From Escherichia coli (GTDB taxonomy: Bacteria > Pseudomonadota > Gammaproteobacteria > Enterobacterales > Enterobacteriaceae), in the NCBI RefSeq assembly GCF_003991155.1, contig NZ_CP031293.1: a stretch of DNA of 64,000 bases; one strand, given 5' to 3'. Shown here in pieces: positions 1-8,823 of the stretch (position 1 is the stretch's first letter; each line of letters begins with the position of its first letter). The translations under genes and the position numbers were made by a program. Under the pieces are notes generated by a model. The model did no database searches and was not told the DNA's origin. It saw only the letters and a program-made list of their open reading frames with translations.

Positions 1-1272
1 CTTGCCGAGTCCGGAGAACGAAAAACCGCAGTGGACAAATTATTAATGAAGCCCCTGTACCAGCAGGAGATGCAGTTATATTCCAGATACAAAAGTGAAC
101 TGGCTGTCTGGAAAAACAAGGAAGAGCTTTTAAAGGCTCAGAAAAAAGCATTGTTGTCAAAACTGAATAAAGAACTCCGCAAAGGCGCGGATGAGTCAGA
201 AACCCTCAGACAACTGGAAGTACTTCAGAAAAACAGTGCGGAAGAACCTGTGAGGTATAAATTCATTTTTAATGATGCCACGACTGCGGCAATTAAGAAT
301 CAGCTTTGTGGTAAATGGCGTTCAGTGGGTATTATGTCAGATGAAGCCGGTATTATATTTGATGGATATACCCTGTCTGAGTTGCCTTTTATTAACAAAA
401 TGTGGGATGGCTCTGTATTGTCTGTGGACAGAAAGAATGAACCCGAACAGATGATTGAAAATGCCAGAATGACGTTATCCCTCATGGTGCAACCCGGTCT
501 TTTTGACCGATATATGGAGCGAAAAGGTTCTGTTGCCAGGGACAGTGGTTTTCTTGCCCGTTGTCTTATCAGTAAACCTGCAACCACGCAGGGGAAACGC
601 TTTATTAACGGAGCTGTGATTCCGGGAGGATCATTAACGGCATTTCATGAACGATTAATGGAACTGGCCAGAGGCAGTATTGAAAAATCCAGTGAGGATG
701 AACGGTATTGTCTGCATTTTTCGCCTGAAGCGCAAAAAATATTTATTGAGCACTATAATGTTCTGGAGCAGGATTTATCCCCTTCCGGACCCTTAAGCCC
801 GTTTCGGGGACATGTTTCAAAAAAAACAGAAAACATTGCAAGAATTGCAGCGTTATTTCAGTATTTCAGCTATGGTGAAGGGAAAATCTCTGCCGATATC
901 ATGACGTCTGCTGTCGTAATAAGTTCGTGGTACACAGATGAATATAAAAAATTATTTGCGTTACCTGATGAATCTGAACTGCAGCAGAAGGACGCCGAGG
1001 AGCTGTTCGACTGGCTCATTGAGGAGTGCCGCGGAGAATGCCCGCCCCGTGTCAGGAAAAATTATATTCTCCAGTGTGGCCCGGGCCGGTTCAGAAACAG
1101 GAAAAAACTGAACGCATTGCTGAACATTCTTGAATCTCAGTTCAGGCTTTCTGTCGTGCCGGAAGGAAAAACCATGTATGTTCTGCTTCCCCAGATAGCC
1201 AGTTTAAAGTTGTCTGATGTCTCTGGTATTTTTACCTCGGGTTATCACTACAATAAGCTGAGAGCGAAGTAA
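1..1272 (+). CDS. YfjI/DUF3987-like protein of P4-type integrative elements; 5' end lies outside the window
   Basis: Frame 1 is open from base 1 with no stop before the first ATG at 31, so the gene is truncated by the window edge. Conserved blocks SDEAGIIFDG, MVQPGLFDRY and GFLARCL fit the YfjI/DUF3987 family as I recall it. Confidence 0.55.
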   Translation, partial: LAESGERKTAVDKLLMKPLYQQEMQLYSRYKSELAVWKNKEELLKAQKKALLSKLNKELRKGADESETLRQLEVLQKNSAEEPVRYKFIFNDATTAAIKNQLCGKWRSVGIMSDEAGIIFDGYTLSELPFINKMWDGSVLSVDRKNEPEQMIENARMTLSLMVQPGLFDRYMERKGSVARDSGFLARCLISKPATTQGKRFINGAVIPGGSLTAFHERLMELARGSIEKSSEDERYCLHFSPEAQKIFIEHYNVLEQDLSPSGPLSPFRGHVSKKTENIARIAALFQYFSYGEGKISADIMTSAVVISSWYTDEYKKLFALPDESELQQKDAEELFDWLIEECRGECPPRVRKNYILQCGPGRFRNRKKLNALLNILESQFRLSVVPEGKTMYVLLPQIASLKLSDVSGIFTSGYHYNKLRAK

Positions 1273-1331
1273 CCGGTGAGCAGTTTTTCTCCATTATGCT
1301 TCAGACTTAGATGATTGATTATTATTGGGAT

Positions 1332-1371
1332 TTCATCACCGATATTCAGATGTATGAATATCGGTGATGAA
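1332..1371. terminator. Perfect 17-bp inverted repeat (TTCATCACCGATATTCA / TGAATATCGGTGATGAA, 6-nt loop) between convergent genes; possible bidirectional terminator or protein-binding palindrome
   Basis: Read directly from the sequence; it sits between the stop of the + strand gene (1272) and the stop of the - strand gene (1594). The stem is AT-rich, so a terminator role is uncertain. Confidence 0.35.
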
Positions 1372-1593
1372 CTAAAGCTCAGGAGCTGCGTGGTGGTGAT
1401 GAATCAACAGGCATATAACTGATACCCGCCGGTCAGAAGTTCCAGCCTGCGACTTTCCTGTCTGCGTGCCCGCAGTCCGGCGTTCAGGTGCAGCGTGTGA
1501 CAGAACGCACGGAGAGCGAAACGGCAGGCAGACAGGCCGTTCAGTCAGCCCTGGCACCCTGCCCGGATACCAGCTTCCCTGAAACAACTGGCA

Positions 1594-2202
1594 TCAGGTG
1601 CGCTTATCGTCAACCGTTGTGCGGTATGCCAGGAGCACGTACTGATCCATCAGATCCGTCAGTGCTGCGCTCTGCTTCTGACGGTTGATGATCCATTCCT
1701 CCAGCTCTTTTTCTGATTTCCGTTTCAGATTCTCCGTCCAGTCGTCAAGGCAGTTTCCGGTCATTAAATCAAGCCAGCAAAGCCAGACCAGTTTGAGGCG
1801 CAACTCCGTGCCACCAAACTGACGGAAGAGGCTGATCAGTTTATTTGCCAGCGAACGCTGCCTCAGACGTTCACATTCAGACAGGAGAATGCCTTCCAGC
1901 ATCGGATGATGAACCAGCAGATGTTCACTGGTGCATAAATTCACTATCAGATCATCATCCAGGGGCGGCGTGGTCCGTTTGTCCGGACCATAAATCAGCC
2001 GGTGCAGACTCTGGGGTACGATGGCAATCTCCGGTTTTTCACCATTGAATGACACCCACCCGGGCGTCAGATTATGGAAGTAGTAGATATTCGGATGACA
2101 CACGCCCCAGGATACGGCGTGCCGGGTGAAGCCGGTCAGCCATTTCTGGTAGCTTTCGTGGAGCAGCTCGTAACGGGTCTGATACTGTGGTTTCATTTTC
2201 AT
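1594..2202 (-). CDS. Hypothetical protein (202 aa), co-oriented downstream of the alpA-like gene
   Basis: ORF track 1594..2343; I place the start at the internal ATG (MKMKPQYQ...) at 2202, which has a GAGGAA ribosome-binding site upstream. I recognise no family. Confidence 0.5.
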   Translation of the reverse strand: MKMKPQYQTRYELLHESYQKWLTGFTRHAVSWGVCHPNIYYFHNLTPGWVSFNGEKPEIAIVPQSLHRLIYGPDKRTTPPLDDDLIVNLCTSEHLLVHHPMLEGILLSECERLRQRSLANKLISLFRQFGGTELRLKLVWLCWLDLMTGNCLDDWTENLKRKSEKELEEWIINRQKQSAALTDLMDQYVLLAYRTTVDDKRT

Positions 2203-2282
2203 ATTCCTCACGGGGGATAACAGGCAGCAGAACGCCGCCGGCAGGCCGGAGACTGCGTCTGCTGCAGATGAACGGTTAAGAA

Positions 2283-2489
2283 TTACGGACGGGACTGTGC
2301 AATACGCGCCTGCAGCCAGGCTTCCACTTCGCTTTTCAGCCATCGGGAGCTGCGGCCCATTTTGATGGGCGCAGGAAAGTCACCATCCTTGATGAGTTTG
2401 TAAAACCACTTATCGGTCAGGCCGGTCAGTTGAGTGATAAATGCCATGTCGACCATCTGGTCACCCATCAGTGAAACTGGGGTGATCAT
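2283..2489 (-). CDS. alpA: AlpA-family phage regulatory protein (short helix-turn-helix regulator of P4-like elements)
   Basis: C-terminal 68 aa (MITPVSLMGDQMVDMAFITQLTGLTDKWFYKLIKDGDFPAPIKMGRSSRWLKSEVEAWL...) match the AlpA family pattern; ATG at 2489 follows a GGAGG ribosome-binding site. The longer upstream extension in the ORF track is probably not translated. Confidence 0.75.
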   Translation of the reverse strand: MITPVSLMGDQMVDMAFITQLTGLTDKWFYKLIKDGDFPAPIKMGRSSRWLKSEVEAWLQARIAQSRP

Positions 2490-3192
2490 GAGAATGTTCC
2501 TCCGGATGTTGTTAAACCAGCCGGTGTGGTCATGAAAACAACGCACCACCTTCACCGGCATAACAACCGGGGAGAAACGTAAAAAATAATCGGGAATGTG
2601 ACCGCCAGGAGATAAACGGGGAGGTTACGGTGGCTGAGCCGTACCGGTATGCCGGGTGGTTGTTACGAAACGATGCTTCCGCACGCGCGCGCGATAAAGA
2701 AGGGATGATTTTCGTGAGGAAGAGGGGAAAACTGGCGTTCTGATAATTGCAGAGTTATTTACGGGGCGGTTACGATGGGGCAGACCGTGTCCGGTGGGCA
2801 GGCGACAGGTATCACCGATGGGATAAGACTGTCTGATTGGTATTATAAATATATAAGAGAGAGCAAACACATGAGATCAAATACATGAGTTCATATATGT
2901 GAAATAAACACGGTGAGTGTGATCAGTGGGCATGATGAGAACGCAGTAGCAACAGACTGCGCTATCCCTGATAGCTGGCGTATAACCTGCGTATATAAAA
3001 CGTACCAGCAACGCACGTGAACAGAGTGCATTAAGCATCCGTCGTTGACACCGACCTGGTGAGTGACAGTCTGAGAGACCGGTTAAGTGGTGGTACGGGA
3101 GTAATGAGTTTGGGGAGGGTACCAGAATGTCAGTCTGGTACGGTATGCTGACAGTATCACGTTAATTGCAGCATAAAGTGATGAGAGGCTAA

Positions 3193-3390
3193 TGGAAGTT
3201 AAAACCAGAGCAGTTCCGTCGTTGTTCATCCCGGGAGACACTGGAAAAAGTGATTTCCCACACGCGTTATAAGCTTACTCCAGCGGAGATGGAAGCCTTC
3301 AACTCTGCGGTCGATCACCGACTGGCAGAACTGACAATGAACAAGCTTTACGATCGTGTTCCCGCTTCAGTCTGGAAATATGTCATCTGA
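3193..3390 (+). pseudogene. 5'-truncated gene remnant; open frame with no start codon
   Basis: Frame open immediately after a TAA at about 3190, reading ...KLTPAEMEAFNSAVDHRLAELTMNKLYDRVPASVWKYVI*, with no plausible start and no ribosome-binding site. Consistent with a decayed gene of the integrative-element remnant. Confidence 0.3.
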
Positions 3391-3734
3391 GCGTTCGGTA
3401 ATCACAACTGCATCGCGCCAGGTGTTATCCGCTTTGTGATTCTTATTGGCTCTTCTCAGGTTATTAAAAGCTGAATATGTTCCTGTTGTCGGGAACCAGG
3501 ATAATACCGGGAACGTTAAGCGGTATAGCGACAACAAAGAATTCGAAATCAAAAGGGAATGGTGTACGGAGGTGTAGGCGGTAATGGGCCGATTTTCGGG
3601 CATTACCGACCTCTGCTGAGGTTTTCTCGTATTTATCGGGGAGCTGGTGCGTTACTGTCACTGTCTGGCACAGCAAACGCAGAGGTGGCGGGGCGCTCTG
3701 CTCCGCTGACTCCGGCTAATCTCTCCCCTTTTAC

Positions 3735-3932
3735 CTACTGCAACAGTACAAATACACTGACGCCTGAAACGACAGCCAGAATCAGCACAGGCAGTAACGT
3801 CAGTAGACAAAGCAGACGATCGGTATTTCGGTAATAATCGAAGGGATCTGCTGACACGTAGCCCGGGCAACATTCCGTATTATGAGGGATGGCGTTATCA
3901 CAATCCCTGCACACCGTTTTGCGTATCACCAT
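3735..3932 (-). CDS. Small Cys-rich predicted membrane protein (65 aa), hypothetical
   Basis: ATG at 3932 preceded by a strong GAGGAGG ribosome-binding site. The N-terminus has CxxC...CC cysteines, followed by one hydrophobic segment (LLCLLTLLPVLILAVVSGVSVFVLL). Confidence 0.35.
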   Translation of the reverse strand: MVIRKTVCRDCDNAIPHNTECCPGYVSADPFDYYRNTDRLLCLLTLLPVLILAVVSGVSVFVLLQ

Positions 3933-4135
3933 CACGTCCTCCTCACAATCTTATCCGTAACCGGCTTTTTGCATTAAAAAAACAACGCTGAAAATTCAGC
4001 CGTCAGTCCGGAGACGACAGTCGGGTTATCTCAGAGTGCCTGAGATATTGCCTGGTTGGAGATCACTTCAGGGACTCTGCGCATTTTTTACGGCGTGGTT
4101 AATCCGTATGAACGAAACCATACGGAGATTTAACC

Positions 4136-4705
4136 ATGACCTACAAATACAACCCCTTCTGGCAGCAACGTATTCGTGAGACGGTGCGGCACGCACTGGA
4201 TGTTCATCCCCGTCTGACGGCATTGCGGGTTGATCTGCGTCTCCCGGATGTACCGGCAGCAACGGACGCGGCTGTGATATCCCGCTTCATCAATGCCCTG
4301 AAAGCCCGAATCGACGCTTACCAGAAACGTAAGCATCGGGAAGGTAAACGCGTGCATTCCTCGACCCTGCATTACGCCTGGGCCCGGGAGTTCGGGGAGC
4401 TTAAAGGCAAAAAACACTATCACCTGCTGCTGCTGGTCAACCGGGATACCTGGTGTCGTGCCGGCGATTACCGCGCTCCGGGGTCACTGGCCGGAATGAT
4501 TAAACAGGCGTGGTGCAGTGCCCTGGGAGTGGATGTCGGGTGCCATGCCACGCTGGTGCATTTTCCGGCCTGGCCGGCGGTGTGGCTGGAACGCGATGAT
4601 GATGCTGGTTTACGGGATATGCTGAAGCGTGCTGACTATCTCGCGAAAGAGTACACCAAAGTCAACGGTACCGGTGAGCGCAATTTTGGCTGTAGCCGGA
4701 GTTGA
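4136..4705 (+). CDS. YagK/YfjJ (inovirus Gp2-like) family protein
   Basis: GGAGA ribosome-binding site before ATG 4136. Blocks ISRFI, KRKHREGKRV, KHYHLLLLVNRDTWC, GDYR, SLAG, AWCSALG, LVHF, YLAKE and the C-terminal RNFGCSRS match my recollection of the YfjJ/YagK family found in CP4-type and P4-like islands. Confidence 0.55.
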   Translation: MTYKYNPFWQQRIRETVRHALDVHPRLTALRVDLRLPDVPAATDAAVISRFINALKARIDAYQKRKHREGKRVHSSTLHYAWAREFGELKGKKHYHLLLLVNRDTWCRAGDYRAPGSLAGMIKQAWCSALGVDVGCHATLVHFPAWPAVWLERDDDAGLRDMLKRADYLAKEYTKVNGTGERNFGCSRS

Positions 4706-4964
4706 GCACGACTGGCGCGCCAATATCCGGCAAACCAAAAGTATGGGTTGTTGTCTGGCGGCAACGATGTATCCACTCGCCCACTGACTGTTTTTTACGT
4801 CAGTGTTCCATTGTGTGACAACCACAGTGCTGTAACAGCAACCAGCCTGCTTTACCCAAACTCCAGTCCAGATTTTAACTGAACCGCCATTCACACCCTG
4901 ACCACGCTGCCCGTACCGGGACGGCTGTTGCCTGCGTGTCGTCTGACGGTAAGGAACATATACT

Positions 4965-5366
4965 ATGTACGCAAAATCCTTTCTCGCTCTTGATAGCAAC
5001 GGACGTCTGACGGGCGCCCGTACTGCACAGGCCGCACCTTATGCTCACTACACCTGCCACTTGTGTGGCAGTGCACTCAGATACCATCCGCAATACGACA
5101 CTGAACTTCCCTGGTTTGAACACACTGACGACAGGCTGACAGAGCACGGTCAACAGTGCCCTTATGTCAGGCCGGAGCGCAGAGAAATACAGTTGATTAA
5201 ACGTCTGCAGCAATTCGTACCGGATGCCTTACCCGTGGTGCGTAAAGCCAGCTGGCACTGCAGACAATGTCACCACGATTATTATGGGGAGCAGTACTGC
5301 ACAAACTGCCAGACCGGAGGATTCAGTATTCCCCGGACAACTCAGGAGGAAATATGCGAATTCTGA
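4965..5366 (+). CDS. Zinc-ribbon protein with a CoiA-like N-terminal CxxC...PWFEH motif (paralog 1)
   Basis: AAGGAA ribosome-binding site before ATG 4965. Motifs CHLCGSAL...PWFEH and C-terminal CRQCHH...CTNCQTGG indicate two Cys4-type metal sites. Confidence 0.5.
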   Translation: MYAKSFLALDSNGRLTGARTAQAAPYAHYTCHLCGSALRYHPQYDTELPWFEHTDDRLTEHGQQCPYVRPERREIQLIKRLQQFVPDALPVVRKASWHCRQCHHDYYGEQYCTNCQTGGFSIPRTTQEEICEF

Positions 5367-5788
5367 ACTGTTATATGGCGAATGACAGCAAAGGCCATTT
5401 TGTTACGGCGAAAGAAGCTGCGAAGCACAACCGACAGGACGTTTTGTGCTGTGTGTCCTGTGGATGCCCGTTAACACTTCAGCGGGGCAATGACGGACAA
5501 CCACCGTGGTTTGAACATGACCAGATGACTGTCGCTGAAAAAATCCTGCTGCGATGTACCTGGCTTGACCCGGCAGAGAAAGAGGCCCGTCGTTTGCATC
5601 TGCAGGGCATGACGGTTCCGGATTATACGGTGAAGGTGAGAAAGTGGTTTTGTGTGATGTGTGACGAAGATTATGAGGGGGAAAAGTGCTGCCCACGCTG
5701 CGGTACCGGGGTATACAGCAGGGCGTGGGGGCGGCAGGAGGTGCCGTCGGAAGATGCCAGGGCTGATAATCCGTTACAGAGGCTGTAA
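5354..5788 (+). CDS. Zinc-ribbon protein with a CoiA-like N-terminal CxxC...PWFEH motif (paralog 2)
   Basis: I chose the internal ATG at 5354 because of the AGGAGG ribosome-binding site. Same architecture as the upstream gene (CVSCGCPL...PWFEH ... CVMCDEDY...CPRCGTG); overlaps the upstream gene by 13 bp, suggesting translational coupling. Confidence 0.5.
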   Translation: MRILNCYMANDSKGHFVTAKEAAKHNRQDVLCCVSCGCPLTLQRGNDGQPPWFEHDQMTVAEKILLRCTWLDPAEKEARRLHLQGMTVPDYTVKVRKWFCVMCDEDYEGEKCCPRCGTGVYSRAWGRQEVPSEDARADNPLQRL

Positions 5789-6790
5789 TGGTTGCCTCCG
5801 GAGCAGTTTGCGGTAATGCCGTTCCCGGGAATGGATTGCCAGTGCGGGGACTGTGGAGCTTAATTCCGGTGTTGGTGGCCTTTCCGTTGATTTTGAGCCA
5901 ACAGCCCTCCTGTGACTGACAGGCTGCCTCGTCATTCCATTCGTATCTCCAGTAACAGGGGGTTGTATTGTATTTTAATGTGCCGGTTCAGGCGTGCGTT
6001 TCCCGGCGCGTCTGCACCGGCTTAACCAAATTCAACAGGGATAAAATAGTGTAAATAACCGAAGTATTACTTGAAGAATCGGGGGAAGCATCCGGGGTTT
6101 TATTCAACAGGCATGGGAGGCTCCGGCTCTGACAGACATTGTACTGTGGAATGTTGTTACAGGTTGGGGCGGCAACCGTGCCAGGAGACCATGAGCCGTT
6201 CACGGCATTAAAGGCCACACTTCAGTCGTTTACATTCCCTGTGGTGGCAGGCATCTTCCGTTAAGGCGTCAGAGCGTTACCAACGTTATGTTGTCATGGC
6301 TCACCTTTCATAGTCGATGCTTATCTGGTGACTGAAACTAGCCGCAGATAAAGAGTGTGAAGTTGATACCATGGAGTGGAGTGACGTGCAGGCAGGAGAT
6401 TCGCTCTATGCAGGGTTGTGAGATGAATTCAAACCGGCTGTCAGCGCCAGTAATATTTGAAGATTCGTCCGGTTGTTATCCAGTGTGCATTAAAAACCCA
6501 GACATTATGGACAATACAACGGCTTCCATAACAGGGAGGAGCCTGTTTATTATCCGGGCGTAATGACTAACCTTTGTGGGCTTTTTCCCGTCGTGCTTTT
6601 AACGTTGAAGGCATTTTCTGCCTGCCGATTCAGGACAGCGACAAAAGCCATATCAGACTATTGGTCAATGATGACCAGCGTCTGGAGTAGATGATAAGCC
6701 AAATTGATAAACTGGAATATGTGATGAAAGTGCAACGTAATCAGTCCAATCCGACGATGTTTAACAAGAGTACGGTGTTTTTTCAGTAAG

Positions 6791-7573
6791 TCATTCGTCT
6801 TCTGAATCAGGTGTAATGATCTTTACAGAAGCATTCCGGCAGTGCGTAACATAATCTGCCGGTAACGGACGCTCGCTAATCAGAACATCAAATGCAGAGA
6901 GCGGTGCGAGGCTGGCAGAGGCTACTTCATCGAACAAGGCGTGGCGGGCGAGCAAAATTTTCCTTAGTCCACGGGCCATCGCTTTACGCTTAGTGGCAAG
7001 ATCTTCGGGATTAAACCAGCTGACGCCAAAGTGATCATGTACACCGCTGGCGGAAATAAATATTTTTCGCGGATTGAGAGAGTCTAATGGCGAAGAGTTA
7101 CTGGCATCGTAAAAAGCATCACTTCTGGCACGATACGTACCACCACAAAGTATTGCTGTCACATTAGGTTTTTCATTCAACGCAACAAAGACACGATGTG
7201 AGTAACAGATGCCAGTGAAGGTGATTGCATCCGGGATCATGCTTATAACGAGCGGTATCTCCTGGCCATTATCAAAGAAGATCAGATCATTTTCATTAAC
7301 CATTCCGGCGGCCAGAATTGCAATAGGTAAGTCATCACGATGATTTCTCGGAACGTCCTGGATTACTGGCATGGATGGTGCGGGTTTATGCACCATTACA
7401 ATATAGCCACCCAGTAGGGTCAGTGGCAGAGGTTCATCTTCCTGATGGAGATCGCGACGAATAGTCATTACAGAAACTTCCAGCATTCGTGCCGCGTCTT
7501 TCAAATGGATTCTGTCGGTTTTCTTAAGTATTTCAATCAAACGTCGGATACGCTCTTTTTGCTTCGTTTCCAT
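6791..7573 (-). CDS. deoQ: DeoR-family transcriptional repressor of the deoxyribose operon
   Basis: N-terminal helix-turn-helix (ERIRRLIEILKK...LKDAARMLEVSVMTIRRDL) plus DeoR-type sugar-binding domain, divergent from a deoK-deoP-deoX operon. ATG at 7573 has a GGAGAG ribosome-binding site; the ORF-track start at 7576 is a TTG. Confidence 0.8.
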   Translation of the reverse strand: METKQKERIRRLIEILKKTDRIHLKDAARMLEVSVMTIRRDLHQEDEPLPLTLLGGYIVMVHKPAPSMPVIQDVPRNHRDDLPIAILAAGMVNENDLIFFDNGQEIPLVISMIPDAITFTGICYSHRVFVALNEKPNVTAILCGGTYRARSDAFYDASNSSPLDSLNPRKIFISASGVHDHFGVSWFNPEDLATKRKAMARGLRKILLARHALFDEVASASLAPLSAFDVLISERPLPADYVTHCRNASVKIITPDSEDE

Positions 7574-7588
7574 CAACTCTCTCCGTAA

Positions 7589-7608
7589 AATGTTATAAAA
7601 ATAACATT
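7589..7608. promoter_or_regulatory. Inverted repeat AATGTTAT-AAAA-ATAACATT in the deoQ/deoK divergent control region; candidate operator
   Basis: 8-bp arms with a 4-bp spacer read directly from the sequence; TGTTAT-like motifs recur closer to deoK (about 7810-7850). Assigning it to DeoQ is inference. Confidence 0.3.
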
Positions 7609-7875
7609 ATGGCATTAGTAAACATTGTTTTAGTTACCATACTATACGACCGACCCTTTGAAATGAAAAGGGTATAGACTGCTGAATTTTCGGTATTAAT
7701 CCTGTTAGGTTGCTTATGATTAGATAGTGTTAGCCTGAGTGATAAGACTGGAAGTCTATTAAATAAACATCGGGTTGATGTGCTAATCGCGATCTCAGTC
7801 ACAAATGATGCAAAAGTAACATGCTAATGTTATTTAAATACCATTGTTATGCGAAAGTTTATAAGAGGTAGTGAA

Positions 7876-8796
7876 ATGGACATTGCAGTTATTGGTTCCA
7901 ATATGGTGGATCTCATTACTTACACTAATCAGATGCCTAAAGAAGGAGAAACTCTGGAAGCACCTGCCTTCAAAATCGGATGTGGTGGGAAAGGTGCTAA
8001 TCAAGCGGTGGCGGCGGCTAAATTGAATTCAAAAGTCCTGATGCTGACTAAAGTAGGTGATGATATTTTTGCGGATAATACTATTCGTAATCTCGAATCA
8101 TGGGGAATTAATACCACTTATGTTGAGAAAGTCCCCTGTACCAGCAGTGGTGTTGCACCGATCTTTGTTAATGCCAACTCGAGCAATAGTATATTAATAA
8201 TTAAGGGAGCGAATAAATTTCTTTCCCCGGAAGATATCGATCGAGCTGCAGAAGATCTGAAAAAATGCAAATTGATCGTTTTACAACTGGAAGTTCAACT
8301 GGAAACAGTTTACCACGCGATTGAGTTTGGTAAGAAAAATGGTATTGAAGTGTTATTAAATCCGGCTCCGGCATTGCGTGAGTTAGATATGTCTTATGCC
8401 TGCAAATGTGATTTCTTTATCCCGAATGAAACAGAACTGGAAATATTAACCGGTATGTCGGTTGATACTTATGATCATATTCGTTTGGCCGCACGTTCGT
8501 TAGTTGATAAAGGGCTGAACAATATTATTGTTACCATGAGCGAAAAAGGCGCATTATGGATGACCCGCGATCAGGAAGTCCATGTTCCTGCATTCAAAGT
8601 AAATGCTGTTGATACTAGTGGCGCTGGTGACGCATTTATTGGTTGCTTTTCCCATTATTATGTTCAAAGCGGTGATGTTGAAGCCGCTTTGAAAAAAGCC
8701 GCTCTCTTTGCCGCTTTCAGCGTCACAGGGAAAGGTACGCAATCATCTTATCCGAGTATTGAACAATTTAATGAATTTTTAACCTTAAACGAATAA
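7876..8796 (+). CDS. deoK: Deoxyribokinase (ribokinase/PfkB family)
   Basis: PfkB-family motifs (GGKGANQAVAAA; DTSGAGDAF). ATG at 7876 after an AGAGGTAG ribosome-binding site gives the 306-aa length I recall for DeoK; gene order deoQ / deoK-deoP-deoX. Confidence 0.85.
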   Translation: MDIAVIGSNMVDLITYTNQMPKEGETLEAPAFKIGCGGKGANQAVAAAKLNSKVLMLTKVGDDIFADNTIRNLESWGINTTYVEKVPCTSSGVAPIFVNANSSNSILIIKGANKFLSPEDIDRAAEDLKKCKLIVLQLEVQLETVYHAIEFGKKNGIEVLLNPAPALRELDMSYACKCDFFIPNETELEILTGMSVDTYDHIRLAARSLVDKGLNNIIVTMSEKGALWMTRDQEVHVPAFKVNAVDTSGAGDAFIGCFSHYYVQSGDVEAALKKAALFAAFSVTGKGTQSSYPSIEQFNEFLTLNE

Positions 8797-8823
8797 TCAT
8801 CCTGCACAGTTAAAGGTAGCACT

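Noticed and set aside
272-587. ORFs 272..454 (+) and 300..587 (-) overlapping the first gene
   Set aside because: Embedded in the YfjI/DUF3987-like coding frame, with no ribosome-binding site and no family resemblance.
5789-6790. Search for a tRNA gene or integrase attachment site at the boundary between the integrative-element remnant and the deoK operon
   Set aside because: I found no tRNA-like sequence (no recognisable T-arm/acceptor pattern) or integrase gene in this interval or elsewhere in the window, so the chromosomal anchor of the island cannot be stated.
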